Positions 56,099 through 64,000 of a DNA stretch of 64,000 nt are shown here, piece by piece; within the stretch, counting starts at the first letter, position 1, and each line of letters begins with the position of its first letter. This DNA is from a virus (Duplodnaviria > Caudoviricetes): positions 96,001-160,000 of IMG/VR virus record IMGVR_UViG_3300009185_000001; one strand, 5' to 3'. Made by a program: the position numbers and the translations under genes. Under the pieces are notes generated by a model. That model had not been told where the DNA came from, searched no databases, and saw only the letters and a list, made by a program, of their open reading frames with translations.

Positions 56099-58498
56099 TT
56101 AGAATGATCCACCGTCAAGAACAGAAATCATGTAATCTACATAATTTTTTGTTGTTGCGTCAGTACCTTCTACTGGTTCACCTACGGATTTCAATGTGCG
56201 ATTTCCGATAGCAAGTTTGCCTGTCTCACCCCAACTTAAAACTAAACCTTCGCCGTTAGTTCTATATATTGCACTTTCTTCAAGACTGAGCGTATTAGCC
56301 CAAGCATTTGATGAAATCATACCAGATGAAACTGTAATATCTTCTCCGTTGTTATTTACTTCAAGTCTTGATCCTGAAATTTTAATATTTCCAACTACTT
56401 CGAGTGCTTCGGTAGGAGCTTCGGTATTAATACCTACAACACCATCACCAACAAACAATGAGGTTGATGCACCGCCACCAGAGATTTCTAAACCACCAGT
56501 AGCAGAGATAGTACCTTCAACTGTAACGTCACCAACAACTGTACCACCAGTGCGTTTGTCGAGGTAGTTACCTTCGATGTCGCTAACGCGAGTATCAAGA
56601 GCACCTTCGGCAGCTGTTGCGCGACTTGCTTCAGACGCAAGATCAACAGTAAGAACGCCTTCAGCAGCTGTTGCGCGACTTACTTCAGATGCAAGATCAG
56701 CAGTAAGAACGCCTTCAGCGGCAGTAGCGCGAGCAACTTCGTCAGCTAATGCAGAAGAAGCGGCATTTGCTAATGAGGTAATAGCACCATTAATATCATT
56801 ATCAGCATTTTGGAAAGCTGAAACGATTTCTGTTAAGGAATCAAGCGCAGCAGGGTCAACATTACTGAGAACGTTGTCAATTTGTGATTGAAGACCACTA
56901 ACTTGTGAATCAACTGATGATGACAAGCTTGCGATTGTTGTATTAAGAGTACCAACTTCTGAGGTGATTCTTGAATCAAGAATACCATCAGCTTCAATTA
57001 AAGCATCTATGTTGCCGTTTACATATGCTGTAATATCAGCTGAAACGGAAGCAACGGTTGAGTTTAATGTAGCAACTTCTGAAGCAATTGAGCTTTCGAG
57101 AGCAGCAACTTCTGAATCAATTTTAGAATCAAGAGTAGCTGAAACGGAAGCAACAGTTGAGTTCAATGTTGAAACTTCTGATGCAATTGCTGTCTCAAGG
57201 TCTGAAACTTCTGAAGCAATTGATGCTTCAAGAGTAGCAACTTCTGAGTCGATTTTAGAATCAAGTGTTGAAGAAACAGATTGAACAGTTGTATTCAATG
57301 TTGAAACTTCTGATGCAATTGAGCTTTCAAGTGTTGAAACCTCTGAGTTAATTTTAGAATCAAGAGCGGCTGAAACAGAAGCTAATTGTGTTGAAGCACT
57401 GTTTGCAAGGCTTGTGATTGTATTATTGAGATCACCATCAGCAGCTTGGAAAGCACTTACAATTTCAGTAAGCGAGTCAAGGGCAGCAGGATCGACATTA
57501 CTAAGAACATTGTCAACACGGGTGTTAACAGCGGCTAAGTCTGAAGCAAGAATTGAAGAAACAGATTGAACAGTTGTATTCAATGTTGAAACTTCTGAAG
57601 CAATTGCGCTTTCAAGATCAGCAACTTCTGAGTCAATTTTAGAATCAAGAGTAGCAGAAGCAGATGCCATTGCTGTGCTTAAAGCACCTTCAGCGGCAGT
57701 TGCACGGCTAACTTCAGCAGCTAGATCAGAAGTAAGAACTCCTTCAGCAGCAGTAGCACGACTAACTTCAGCAGCTAAGTCTGAAGAAAGAGCGGCTGAA
57801 ACTGAAGCAACTGTTGAATTTAAAGTTGAAACTTCTGAAGCAATTGCGCTTTCAAGACCAGCAACTTCTGAGTCAATTTTTGAATCAAGAGTTGAAGAAA
57901 CTGAAGCAACAGTTGTGTTTAAAGTTGAAACAGAGCTATCAATTTTTGAATCAAGAGCGGCTTCAACGGCCATAGCACGGCTAACCTCATCAGAGAGGGC
58001 TTGTGCAGAATCTGCTTCGAAGGCGTCTAACTCTGATTGCAAAGAACCAGAAATTGATGACATTGTTGAGTTAACATTGTTAAGAGTATTAACAAGGTTT
58101 GATGCAAAGTTTTCGTCATCACCTAAAGCAGCAGCCAACTCGTTAAGAGTATTGAGTGCTTCTGGAGCCATGTCGATGACAGCAGCGATTTGTGAATCGA
58201 TTTTGGCATCAAGAGTGCTTGAGACTGAAGCAACAGTGCTATTTAAAGCAGCAACTTCACTATCAACTTTAGCGTCTAAAGTTCCGATTTGTGAACTAAG
58301 GTCAGATGAGATAGAACCAACAAGAGTGTTAGTAGCAAATTCACCAGTACCCCCGATAGGTATTACACCATTTTCTGAACCATAGTATAATACTGAGTTT
58401 ACTTCGTTGAATGCCAATTCACCACCAGAAAGAGATGCAGGAGCACCCGCTTCACCAGTAGTACGGCGTTTAATAAGGATTGTGTTAATGTTTGACAT
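56099..58498 (-). CDS. Long coiled-coil fibre protein
   Basis: TILIKRR..GELAFNE N-terminal module; APEALNTLNELAAALG; repeats of EVSRATAAEGVL and STLDSKIDSEV; ends VLDGGSF; start placed at ATG 58498. Confidence 0.8.
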   Translation of the reverse strand: MSNINTILIKRRTTGEAGAPASLSGGELAFNEVNSVLYYGSENGVIPIGGTGEFATNTLVGSISSDLSSQIGTLDAKVDSEVAALNSTVASVSSTLDAKIDSQIAAVIDMAPEALNTLNELAAALGDDENFASNLVNTLNNVNSTMSSISGSLQSELDAFEADSAQALSDEVSRAMAVEAALDSKIDSSVSTLNTTVASVSSTLDSKIDSEVAGLESAIASEVSTLNSTVASVSAALSSDLAAEVSRATAAEGVLTSDLAAEVSRATAAEGALSTAMASASATLDSKIDSEVADLESAIASEVSTLNTTVQSVSSILASDLAAVNTRVDNVLSNVDPAALDSLTEIVSAFQAADGDLNNTITSLANSASTQLASVSAALDSKINSEVSTLESSIASEVSTLNTTVQSVSSTLDSKIDSEVATLEASIASEVSDLETAIASEVSTLNSTVASVSATLDSKIDSEVAALESSIASEVATLNSTVASVSADITAYVNGNIDALIEADGILDSRITSEVGTLNTTIASLSSSVDSQVSGLQSQIDNVLSNVDPAALDSLTEIVSAFQNADNDINGAITSLANAASSALADEVARATAAEGVLTADLASEVSRATAAEGVLTVDLASEASRATAAEGALDTRVSDIEGNYLDKRTGGTVVGDVTVEGTISATGGLEISGGGASTSLFVGDGVVGINTEAPTEALEVVGNIKISGSRLEVNNNGEDITVSSGMISSNAWANTLSLEESAIYRTNGEGLVLSWGETGKLAIGNRTLKSVGEPVEGTDATTKNYVDYMISVLDGGSF

Positions 58499-58537
58499 AT
58501 TTTTTTTTTTGTATAAAAGACCGCAAAGCGGCATTAA

Positions 58538-58544
58538 TACTTAT
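58538..58544 (-). promoter_or_regulatory. Late promoter ATAAGTA, followed by a small CCGC-TTT-GCGG leader hairpin and a poly-A run
   Basis: Seen upstream of ATG 58498; hairpin at 58521-58531. Confidence 0.5.
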
Positions 58545-58576
58545 CCTAATCGATATGCCAATATTTTATTTTTTTT

Positions 58577-58906
58577 TTAAAAAGTTCCACCATCAACAAT
58601 CGGAGTCATATTTTCATATGCTTTTTCCCAATTTGCTGAAAGTCTATCCTGTACGGTATTAACCTCATGAAACGTTTCTTGCCAATTTGCAGTCAATAAT
58701 CCAACATGACTTAACATTTCTTTGTGTTCTGGATTTAAATACATCGCAGAATTTGATATAATATTAGTAGAAGCAACATCAAATTTTTCGTAATTATTTT
58801 GAATAGAATTTAATAATTTATAATAATGTAAAATATTAGGACTGCTATTGTCTATTATAACAGTAACATTATTTGATGTTTGTTCTATTGTTAATTTTTC
58901 ACTCAT
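58577..58906 (-). CDS. Small virion-associated protein (ANW repeats, ends VDGGTF)
   Basis: ATGA overlap start at 58906; C-terminus resembles that of the adjacent fibre. Confidence 0.55.
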   Translation of the reverse strand: MSEKLTIEQTSNNVTVIIDNSSPNILHYYKLLNSIQNNYEKFDVASTNIISNSAMYLNPEHKEMLSHVGLLTANWQETFHEVNTVQDRLSANWEKAYENMTPIVDGGTF

Positions 58907-59256
58907 CTTGTAGTTGTTGCAAGAATTTCCCATTCTCCCTTTAGATATGTTTTTATATATGCATTTGGTAAAATCGGAAATGTAACTTGTAAATCATAAT
59001 TATATCTTCCGACAGGTATATCTACTGTTCTTGGAGGTATAGATATAATTCCACTTAAAGGTTCTATAATTACTATAGTATCATCTATAGTTGAAAATTC
59101 TATAAATGCAGGAGAAGCAACACTATTTACAGATCGAACCTGAAGAGCTATATTACAATCTGTTAAATCTATGGGCAATCCTTGAGATAAAATAGTTATT
59201 GAAGAAACACCGTCCCAAGTGTCTCCGCTTATATGAGATGGAAAATCGTATGTCAT
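58903..59256 (-). CDS. Ig-like phage structural protein (BppU N-terminal-like)
   Basis: GDTW..PIDLTD..ALQVR..GIISI..GRYNYDLQV..TYLKG. Confidence 0.6.
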   Translation of the reverse strand: MTYDFPSHISGDTWDGVSSITILSQGLPIDLTDCNIALQVRSVNSVASPAFIEFSTIDDTIVIIEPLSGIISIPPRTVDIPVGRYNYDLQVTFPILPNAYIKTYLKGEWEILATTTR

Positions 59257-59262
59257 AATTTA

Positions 59263-61146
59263 TTATGCAGGTGTAGGAGCTTCTGTTGGAGCAGCACTAG
59301 CAGCAGGAGCAGGAGCAGGAGCAGCACCTGCTTCTCCAGCGGCAGCTTCAGGAGTAGCTTCTGGACCACCTCCACCACCGCCTCCACCACCAAATTCAGG
59401 AATAGAAGAGGATGATACACCACCACCACCTCCAAATCCTCCACCACCGCCTCCTTCAACTCCGCTAGCGGCATTTTCAGCAGCTTCGATATGTTCTCTC
59501 CAATTTGGACCATTACCTTCGATTTGAGAAAGTTCCCATTTAAGAGCAGCTTCCTTTTTCTTCCATTCCATATTTTCTCCAATTTTTTCATCGGAAAATC
59601 CAAGATAATGTCTTTGAGCAAAAATATTTGAAATTCCCTCATTTTGACTCATATCAGAGAAATTTTTTAATTTCAATTCAAGAAGTTGTTGCTGTCTGAT
59701 TGCAAAAAAGTTTGAAGGAGGAGTAAAACTTAAACTAAACTGAGATTCGTGCAATTTGTATTCTTTCCACCATCCCCTGAGTTTTAAATGAGTTATAAAA
59801 GCATCTTTAAGACCCGCTGAAATTTGATTTTGCAGTCTAACTATCATTTTTGCAAATTTTAATTCCTCTTTTAATATTTCAGATCCATCTCTAAATGGTT
59901 CATTTGGATTTAAACGAGATACAGGAACACCAAGGCTCTTATATAATTTGTTAACAAAGTACATAAGATCATCGAGTTGGCCTAAATTTGCACCACCCTG
60001 CATTAATTCAACATCGGAACCAACTTCTCCGTTTCTTTTTGCAAACCAATAGGCATCTAGCATGGATTGTGGATTGTAGATATTTCCAGCACCGGGTGAG
60101 CTAGTATTGGAGTTATACGTCTGTTTGCTCCAATGTTGTTGCATCAATTGTTTTAAATATCCTTCTGCTTTTGCAGGAGGCATATTACCCACGTCAATCT
60201 TAAATTTAAGACGTTCGGGTGCTCTTACCATTCGATAAATAATAATAGAATCTTCTAGAAGAGAAAGTTGTTTATACGATCTTCGACAATTTTCTATATA
60301 TGGAATACGAATAGACTGGTCTTCATTCCATGATCCTGAATGAATATAGGTAATCTGATTTCCCTGTAGTGTGACTATTTGTTGTTGTAAAGCATTTATG
60401 GAACTAGTATTGCTTTGAATTTGAGAAAGTGGAGCAGATGGATCATTGGTTAGACTAATTGGTTTTTGGAAAACAAAGTTTTCTATGACATTATTTTGAA
60501 TATTGTCATAGATGGGATTTATCAACTCTCCGGGAATACTAAGAACCCCAATAATTCCCTTGTCTCTATTTTCTTCGTGAATTACATTTTCAAAGAACAA
60601 TTCACCTTCGACTAACAATCTGCGAGCATACATCCATCCCTTATGCTCCAAGTCATAAATATTAATAAATTTTGTAAATTCTTTTAATAATTCATTCTTT
60701 TCTTCTTGTCCTAAGTTCGAGTATGAAGAAAAGTCTAAATGAGTTATTTTTCCATTTTCATCCTTTACAATAACTTCATCACAGATTTCATTCAAAGCAT
60801 CGGAGATTTCAGCATATGCCGCCATTCTACGATATTCTGCCAATCTACGAATTTTATCAGCATCAACATTTGCATAGATGTATTTGTGATAAGCATGATC
60901 AGAAACAAATGAACCGGGATTGTAGTAGTCTCCAAATTCATTACGCATAAACGGTCCAGTAAGAACCGATTGTTGCATTATTTTTAATTCTTGTCTCTTT
61001 GACAAACGATCAAATAATTGATATTTAGGATTTCCAACATCAGCAGTAACAGCAGTAGCTACATATGGTAGTCTCTGCAATAATTGAGAAACAAAATTTC
61101 TACTGGTGTCTGGTATTCTATTAGAATTTGATGTGATATCTGCCAT
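59263..61146 (-). CDS. gp20: Portal vertex protein
   Basis: YRRMAAYAEISDALNEICDE; LEDSIIIYRMVRAPER..IDVGNMPPAKAE; DAYWFAKRNG..VELMQGG.NLGQLDD..LYKSLGVP.SRL; ELKFAK. Confidence 0.95.
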   Translation of the reverse strand: MADITSNSNRIPDTSRNFVSQLLQRLPYVATAVTADVGNPKYQLFDRLSKRQELKIMQQSVLTGPFMRNEFGDYYNPGSFVSDHAYHKYIYANVDADKIRRLAEYRRMAAYAEISDALNEICDEVIVKDENGKITHLDFSSYSNLGQEEKNELLKEFTKFINIYDLEHKGWMYARRLLVEGELFFENVIHEENRDKGIIGVLSIPGELINPIYDNIQNNVIENFVFQKPISLTNDPSAPLSQIQSNTSSINALQQQIVTLQGNQITYIHSGSWNEDQSIRIPYIENCRRSYKQLSLLEDSIIIYRMVRAPERLKFKIDVGNMPPAKAEGYLKQLMQQHWSKQTYNSNTSSPGAGNIYNPQSMLDAYWFAKRNGEVGSDVELMQGGANLGQLDDLMYFVNKLYKSLGVPVSRLNPNEPFRDGSEILKEELKFAKMIVRLQNQISAGLKDAFITHLKLRGWWKEYKLHESQFSLSFTPPSNFFAIRQQQLLELKLKNFSDMSQNEGISNIFAQRHYLGFSDEKIGENMEWKKKEAALKWELSQIEGNGPNWREHIEAAENAASGVEGGGGGGFGGGGGVSSSSIPEFGGGGGGGGGPEATPEAAAGEAGAAPAPAPAASAAPTEAPTPA

Positions 61147-61163
61147 AATAACGTATTATATTC

Positions 61164-61171
61164 TATTTATA
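61164..61171 (-). promoter_or_regulatory. T4-type late promoter TATAAATA upstream of portal
   Basis: Exact consensus. Confidence 0.7.
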
Positions 61172-61195
61172 GTAAAAAGTCTAGTAATCAAATTA

Positions 61196-61993
61196 TTAAA
61201 CACCATCATATCCCAAAAATTCGCTCAATTCTGTTAGAATATAATAATAGTCTTCGGTTATGATACCATTTAATAATTGTGTAGGAAGATCTTTTAAAGA
61301 AATTATTTCACAATTTTCAGCATCAATTATAGCATATGGTAAAAATCCATCAACTTGGTTTATATACGGTTCATCAGTATTAAAAACATTAACACTTATA
61401 ATTCCTAATGTATTTGTTTCGTTTCTTACTATAAATGAAACATTAAATGTTTTTGTATCTGGATTATATGTTATTTTAGGATTTTCTATTGTTAATACTT
61501 CTGGATTCCAATTTTCAGATGAAAGAAATTTTATTATAACATTATCAATCAATAATGTTTTTATCAATCCTGTAGAACAATCAAAAACTTTAAATAGAAA
61601 AACAAAACTAAATGAATTTAAAGGAATTGTAGGATCAAGGAAATAATATAAATCAGTAAAAAATACTTTATTTTTCTTTTCATCAAACCAATAATCAACA
61701 GTTGTTGTTTTTCTTATATTGAAAAGATTTATTTGATTAAATGGTTTTATCGTATCATTGTTTATATAAAATTTTTCAAAAATACAACCATTTAAGGTTT
61801 CAACAAAAATTGTATCATAAAATACGTCAAACCTATTTATTTTATTTGCTGTTAATTCATTAAAAAATGAAGAATTTATTTCTTGATATTTAAAATATAT
61901 AGAAGATAAAACATTATAAGAAGGCTCTACGCTGTTTTTTAAATCTCTAAGCCAAAGCTCGCCTGAAGTTTGTTTGTTATAATATATACTCAT
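61196..61993 (-). CDS. Hypothetical structural protein
   Basis: Beta-rich ORF in late operon; ITEDYYYILTE C-terminal motif. Confidence 0.55.
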   Translation of the reverse strand: MSIYYNKQTSGELWLRDLKNSVEPSYNVLSSIYFKYQEINSSFFNELTANKINRFDVFYDTIFVETLNGCIFEKFYINNDTIKPFNQINLFNIRKTTTVDYWFDEKKNKVFFTDLYYFLDPTIPLNSFSFVFLFKVFDCSTGLIKTLLIDNVIIKFLSSENWNPEVLTIENPKITYNPDTKTFNVSFIVRNETNTLGIISVNVFNTDEPYINQVDGFLPYAIIDAENCEIISLKDLPTQLLNGIITEDYYYILTELSEFLGYDGV

Positions 61994-62667
61994 TGGTACT
62001 CTCCTTCATATACAGTCATATCAGGACTTCCATCGTCAGGATTTGGACTAGCAGCAACTGGATTAATAAGGATAATATCCGTTCCGGTTTCTGCACTATT
62101 TACTAATTCATTTTCAAAAGGAGCAAGTAGTTTATAAGGACGATAATGATCTTTTATAGGAACAAACATAATTGGTTCTGGAGGTCTTGGTTTCCAGTTT
62201 ACAGAAACGGGTATAAGATAATTCGGAGTTATACTTTCAAAAATATATAAAATATCATTATTAGGACCAAACATTCTAGATCCGACCAAATGAAGTTCGC
62301 TAAAATAGTTAGAACACAATGTTTGAGATAACGTATCAATTCCTTCTAATTTTGGAACACTCAAATCTAGAGAAAAACTATAAGAATCATATGAAGAAGT
62401 TCCTAATTTATATATGTATGTTTTTACATTAAATGCTTTAGTAAATTCTCCCGTAAGATAATAAACATTTGTGCTAATATTTTTTAGAGGATTATTATCG
62501 GGTGATAATAAATCATGTATAATATTACCATCACCAAAATCATAGGTTATTTTATAAACCTTTGAACTTACTGAAATGCCAGAAGGAATCAGCGTTAATG
62601 TATATGGAGACGTTCCTGTAATTAAAGGACTAAAACTATTAAGATATACCTTCTGACTATTATTCAT
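61990..62667 (-). CDS. PKD-like domain structural protein
   Basis: ITYDFGDG; TAAATA at 62674-62679. Confidence 0.55.
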   Translation of the reverse strand: MNNSQKVYLNSFSPLITGTSPYTLTLIPSGISVSSKVYKITYDFGDGNIIHDLLSPDNNPLKNISTNVYYLTGEFTKAFNVKTYIYKLGTSSYDSYSFSLDLSVPKLEGIDTLSQTLCSNYFSELHLVGSRMFGPNNDILYIFESITPNYLIPVSVNWKPRPPEPIMFVPIKDHYRPYKLLAPFENELVNSAETGTDIILINPVAASPNPDDGSPDMTVYEGEYQ

Positions 62668-62704
62668 TAATAATATTTAATGAAAAGTGTTAAAATTCCA
62701 ACTA

Positions 62705-64000
62705 TTATAATAATTTTCTAGCAATTATATAACTACCTGCTAGAGGAACACAGGATATACCACCACCCGCAGTACCTAAAGCAAATTGCCAATTTAAAGT
62801 ACCACCAACCGTTCCCGACCTTATATGCATTCTTCTTCTAACAAACCATGTGTTAGCAGTGTTACTACTTGGAGTTGTTAAATTTGTTGGAGTACTAGTA
62901 TTATCAGCACCAACTCCTGCATATGTAATAGCAGTAGGAGTTCCGGTAGCAGTGAACCATGCATCATCTATCATAAAATAGTTAAATTTTAAACTTCCGT
63001 CACCAGTAAATTGATATTTAACACCCCCTAATCCTGTAGTTGTTAATATAGCAATAGCAACAACTTCATAATTTGTATTAGCATCTAAGGACACTCCATT
63101 TACTATATTTGCTAAAGTTATAGTTGCATTTGAACCTCCCAATGTGCTTCCTTTTATTAAATTTCCATATCTAGTATCGCCTAAACCTCCAGTAATTACA
63201 GAACTATCACCAAGATATGTTTGATTAGGAGCAGTTACACTTGGACTGTTTACTACTGTTACATTAGAAGCTGTATTATTACCGATTGTCGTTGTTACTG
63301 CACCAGTACCAGTATTGATGTTGGTTGTACGAGCAGTTGTTGAGTTAATGTCAACCTGACCAGTTGTTGTCAAACCATATGTGCTTGCAGCAGCAGTTAC
63401 TACTCCTGTACTGTTTCCGATAGTTAGAGTATTAGCAGCAGTATTTGCTATTGTAGTATTTCCTGCTATTGTTGTTGTACCATTGATTGCAACTGTTCCT
63501 GCTGCATTTCCAATAGTAGTTGTTACAGCACCAGTACCCGTATTAATATTGGTCGCTGCTGCCGTTCCATTATTAATATTGAGTGCTCTTCCTGTAGTTG
63601 TATTAATGCCTATAGTACTTGCAGTTGTAATTGTTAAAGTACTTGCTTCTAAATCTGCTGTGCCAGTTTGATTTCCAACCACAAGAGTATTTCCTGCGGT
63701 ATCTGCTATTGTCGTGTTTCCTGCTATTGTTGTTGTTCCGTTTATAGCAACTGTTCCTGCATTTCCAATCGTAGTTGTTACAGCACCAGTACCAGTATTA
63801 ATATTTGTAGTTCTTCCTGTAGTTCCATTTATTGTAAATGTACTTGCAGTTGTAATTGATCCGGTATTTCCATTTAATGTAAGAGTTCCTGAAGAATTTC
63901 CGATACTAACCGTTCCAGTAGTTGTTCCTGTTCCGATATTAGTGTTGGTTGTGGTTCCTGAATCGTTGTTAATTCCAATAGGAGCACCTTTTGCATTAAT
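62705..64000 (-). CDS. Thr/Gly/Asn-rich tail fibre, 5' end beyond window
   Basis: Frame stays open from 64000; repeated NINTGTGAVTTTIGN units; C-terminal GTLNWQFA..GSYIIARKL. Confidence 0.75.
   Translation of the reverse strand: MNAKGAPIGINNDSGTTTNTNIGTGTTTGTVSIGNSSGTLTLNGNTGSITTASTFTINGTTGRTTNINTGTGAVTTTIGNAGTVAINGTTTIAGNTTIADTAGNTLVVGNQTGTADLEASTLTITTASTIGINTTTGRALNINNGTAAATNINTGTGAVTTTIGNAAGTVAINGTTTIAGNTTIANTAANTLTIGNSTGVVTAAASTYGLTTTGQVDINSTTARTTNINTGTGAVTTTIGNNTASNVTVVNSPSVTAPNQTYLGDSSVITGGLGDTRYGNLIKGSTLGGSNATITLANIVNGVSLDANTNYEVVAIAILTTTGLGGVKYQFTGDGSLKFNYFMIDDAWFTATGTPTAITYAGVGADNTSTPTNLTTPSSNTANTWFVRRRMHIRSGTVGGTLNWQFALGTAGGGISCVPLAGSYIIARKLL

Noticed and set aside
56196-58385. Several plus-strand ORFs (up to 236 aa) opposite the coiled-coil fibre
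   Set aside because: Antisense shadows of a repetitive, codon-biased gene; no independent motifs or promoters
59253-59642. 129-aa same-strand alternative-frame ORF over the portal C-terminus
   Set aside because: Val/Leu runs are the frame-shifted reading of Gly and Ala/Pro codons; no slippery site or start signal seen
1-64000. Stop-codon recoding and tRNA genes
   Set aside because: Core genes are full length in the standard code and end in TAA, TAG or TGA; intergenic gaps are short and no cloverleaf was seen

Overview
This AT-rich window is a segment of a large lytic T4-like myovirus genome, read in the standard code. It holds head genes (portal gp20, protease gp21 with an intein, core/scaffold proteins, major capsid gp23, small terminase gp16, gp4, neck gp13) and tail/baseplate genes (gp15, gp25, gp6, a gp7-like wedge). 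Replication, recombination and transcription genes include primase, clamp loader gp44/gp62, gp47, UvsW, UvsY, a DinG-like helicase and late sigma gp55. There are many modular fibre or adhesin genes and a large glycan-modification island (glycosyltransferases, methyltransferases, a sulfotransferase). The most notable signals are: T4-type late promoters in front of part of the glycan island; a 368-aa LAGLIDADG intein three residues after the protease catalytic His; an apparently inactive dUTPase; scattered late genes with a shared N-terminal motif resembling a capsid-targeting signal; promoter-to-start spacings that imply leaderless mRNAs; and a repeat-flanked LamG cassette beside two small ORFs missing from the ORF track. 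All family assignments come from motif recognition by eye, not database searches. No tRNA, rRNA, CRISPR array or reverse transcriptase was seen.
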